From assembly GCA_905178155.1 (NCBI GenBank), contig CAJINV010000012.1, forward strand, positions 1,678,492 to 1,742,491: a stretch of DNA of 64,000 nt, written 5' to 3'. The DNA comes from Amoebophrya sp. A120. Taxonomy: Eukaryota; Protista; Dinoflagellata. Within the stretch, counting starts at the first letter, position 1, and each line of letters starts with the position of its first letter. The position numbers were made by a program, and so were the translations under genes. Positions 61,183-64,000 of the stretch are shown piece after piece. A model generated the notes under the pieces. The model was not told the origin of the DNA and made no database searches. It saw nothing but the letters and a program-made list of their open reading frames with translations.

Positions 61183-61249
61183 GTACTTACTCAATCGATA
61201 CTACAGATTTTTTGAATTTTGCCTGGTTGTAGTACACGCGATGGCGCAA

Positions 61250-64000
61250 CTACTCCGCATGAGAGTAGTACTTCCGATGCTGTGCCGCTCCAGGGCGCCG
61301 TAGAAACGATGCTCGCGGGGACCCTGATCTTCCTCCCGGGAGTGGAAATTATTGCGGAATTTTTAGAGGAGATTTTTGATGAAAGTGGGCGAGTAAGCGA
61401 AAGCAGACTGCAGGCAGCAGAGGCGAAAATGAGAACAAGAGTAAAGCGACTATACAAAGGGGGGGATGTCGACACGACGTTCCCGGACTACGACTACAGG
61501 ACAGAAGTGGACGAAATCTATCACGAAGAAGCCTCGCCGGCGGAAACGGGTTACAGGAGGGGAGAAAAGGTGACAACGGGAAAGGAAAAAGGGGGTAAAG
61601 ACAGGGAGAAGAAAAAAACAGAAACAAGATACTATACGGGAGTCTTGCGGGGCGTCAGCAATAAAAAGTGGACGCTTTGTGTCCAATATGTCGATGGCGG
61701 CACCCTAGTGGTGAAGTTTTACATAGAGGATATAAAACCTATAGTGAGGGCATTAAAAGCAGCAAGCTGGGCATGCGAGGAGATCTATGCAACGGAGGGC
61801 CAGTTTTTGGCGCCACAGAAGTGCGAGTTAGCAACATCCATAGGGGGCGCGAAACTGGTTAACCTGCTCCGGCAAGCATTCCAGCCATTCGGAATACTAT
61901 ACGAGGAGAAGAGCTTCCTCAAGATTCTGGGCATCAAAATAGTGCCGCAAGACAAAGAAGAGCAGGCGAAAGTCCTGCAGGGGCAGGTGAGGCAAAGTAT
62001 AGGGATCGGCCAGCGCCTGGCGTGCCAGGTGATGATGCGAAGAAGGGGGCTGAGCGGAGAGGAATTGACTTGGGTGGTGCAGGTGTTTTTCGTCTCGGCA
62101 ATGATTTACTATCTTCCAGTAATGCGTCGCTTCTTCGAAGTAAAAAAATGGGCAGAATTAATGGGAGAGATGGCGCTGACAATAGCAGAAACAATGGGGA
62201 TGACAATGGAGGTCGTGGAGGAAAATAATGAAAAGAACAGGAGCAGAAGCAGAGACGTTTTACAGGGTGGTCTTTGGCATGAACATGCTAGGGCTCGCGG
62301 ATCCGTACACGATGGGGCTGAAAACGTTGCGGGCAACAGCGCAGGCCAACTACCTGACGGGCCCAAGTATTTTTGCGCCTCTAGCGACGACACCAGTAAA
62401 GGTAGTGGGACAATCGAATGCGGGTATATCCAAAACAGATGAGCGCCAGATACTGAAAAGAAAAGAAGCAGGCCTCGCGCTCCTGCAGGCGCTTAGCGAC
62501 GGGGCAAAAGTGAGGCTATCGCCTGGGAGCGACTTGCGAGCGTGTGGAATAGTAAAGCAGCGTAGCGCAGTAGGGAAACTGAGGACGGCGAGCCAATATA
62601 CACACCGAGGCGACGCGAGCCTTATGGTTGATCGGGAAAGGCAGGGGGGATACGGAAAAAAGGGGCAAGCAGATAAAAAGCAAAAAATATGGGTGAAGCA
62701 TTCGGAAAAGGCGGGCACGACGATAGTAACAATACAAGAGGAAAGCTCGAGAGCCGAGGCACACCTGTGGAAAATAGAAACAAAGGGGAGCCGCCTGAAG
62801 TCGGAAGTAAGAGAAGAAGAGAGGAGCTTCGTGGCGTATTGCAATAATGCAATAAGAACAATCGAGAAGGTGAGGGAGAGAAGAATAGGCAAACAAGGTA
62901 GGACAGAAATAATGCCACTGGACTATAACGAACTAAGGGAAAAGACGAGCGGCCTGCTGCGCAAAGGAAATGGCATAGGGCTGGAGCTACGAGAAACGAT
63001 CGAAAAGGCAGAAAGCGAGGATGCAGGGCTGACAGTCGAAAAGAGAAGAGGAAACGGAAGGAGGACGGAGGCGAAAAGGGATATAGAGAAGGAGATAACG
63101 GAACTGATCCCGCTTCGAGTAGCGAATGTGTTGAATCATGACAATGAATACACATGCTGGATTCGATTCGATTTTGGGAAAAAGTGTATAGGTATGGACC
63201 CTGTATGGGAGTGGCCGGAAAGGTCAAAAATAAAAAGGCAGGCTTGCATCCACAGGAAAATATTAGGCGAGAGCAAGAAAGAAGAGAGAGAAAACGACAA
63301 CGGAGAAGGTAACAAGGAGAAGGAAAAAGCAGGGGGCGAGGGAATGATGGAAAAAAGGGACAAGAAGAAGGGAAGAGGTGGAGAAAACGAGAATCGGGCC
63401 GCGAACGCGGGAGCGAGTTCGTCGGGGAGCAGCCAGGTAAATGCAAGAGGAAAACAGAAAAAAAAAAAAGAAGAAAGAGAAGAAAAATCGGACGAAACCC
63501 TTTCAGAAACGATTCCCAGATTGATAGAAAAAGAGAAGAAGGCAGCGGACCAAGGAGGGGAGGAAATGAAGCAGAGGGCTCTGGGAATAATCGAGAAGGC
63601 GACGCGACTCTTGAAAGAGGCCGAGGGATTAGACCACGACCGGGGAGAAGAGAAGAGCACAGGAATGGAAATTGATGGAGACGCAGAAAGCGCAGACGAG
63701 GGTGGAGAAATGGAAGTCGAAACGAAAAAAGAATCGGACGGGGGAGGCGAATTCTACAAGGCAGAGGCAGATACATACGAAGGCACACGGCGCGGATACG
63801 TTTTCAAATTAGGGAAAGCGGGGCAAGGGTATTACAAGGACAGGGGACCCGAGGAAGCCACCCGCGTCTTCTTTAGCTGCTGCGTAGGCTGGGGGGAGGA
63901 TGAAAAAAGGGAGGAAGCAAGAAGAAAGAGAGCAGAGCCGGCCTCAGACCCACAAATAGAAGAGGCGCCACGAAAAAGGCAACACAGAAAAGACGAAGAG
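61250..64000 (+). mobile_element. 5'-truncated, degenerate non-LTR-type retroelement (RT) in an acyl-CoA synthetase intron
   Basis: RT-like motifs AVPLQGAVETML (B), VQYVDG (C, degenerate YxDD), QKCE, LKILGIK; frameshift near 62260, then an open frame to the window end; strongly purine-rich. Confidence 0.6.

Noticed and set aside
62350-63788. Minus-strand F/L/S/P-rich ORFs
   Set aside because: Antisense shadows of the purine-rich plus-strand frame.

Overview
Eukaryotic genomic DNA, most likely from a syndinian/dinoflagellate parasite such as Amoebophrya (inferred from intron style, not proven). Five + strand host genes: a secreted GH65 glycosidase-PAN/apple fusion carrying 3 lesions, a tandem pair of paralogous S/T-rich proteins, a RING-H2 protein, and a long-chain acyl-CoA synthetase. 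They are interrupted by 33 non-canonical 'introner' introns in 6 families. These have TAT...ATA termini (3 with a degenerate right end), terminal inverted repeats (TIRs) and 5-bp flanking direct repeats (DRs). Removing each element plus one DR rebuilds contiguous protein motifs. The second paralog is split by a 19.5-kb nested stack: an outer foldback TIR element (5-bp TSD), containing a 15.9-kb hAT-like transposon (8-bp TSD), itself hit by two ~1-kb MITEs, one just before the catalytic Glu. The hAT-like element carries a transposase with an HMG-like extension, an orphan cargo gene and three tRNA-like Pol III promoter repeats. A 5'-truncated RT-encoding retroelement closes the window. All coordinates and alignments were derived by eye.
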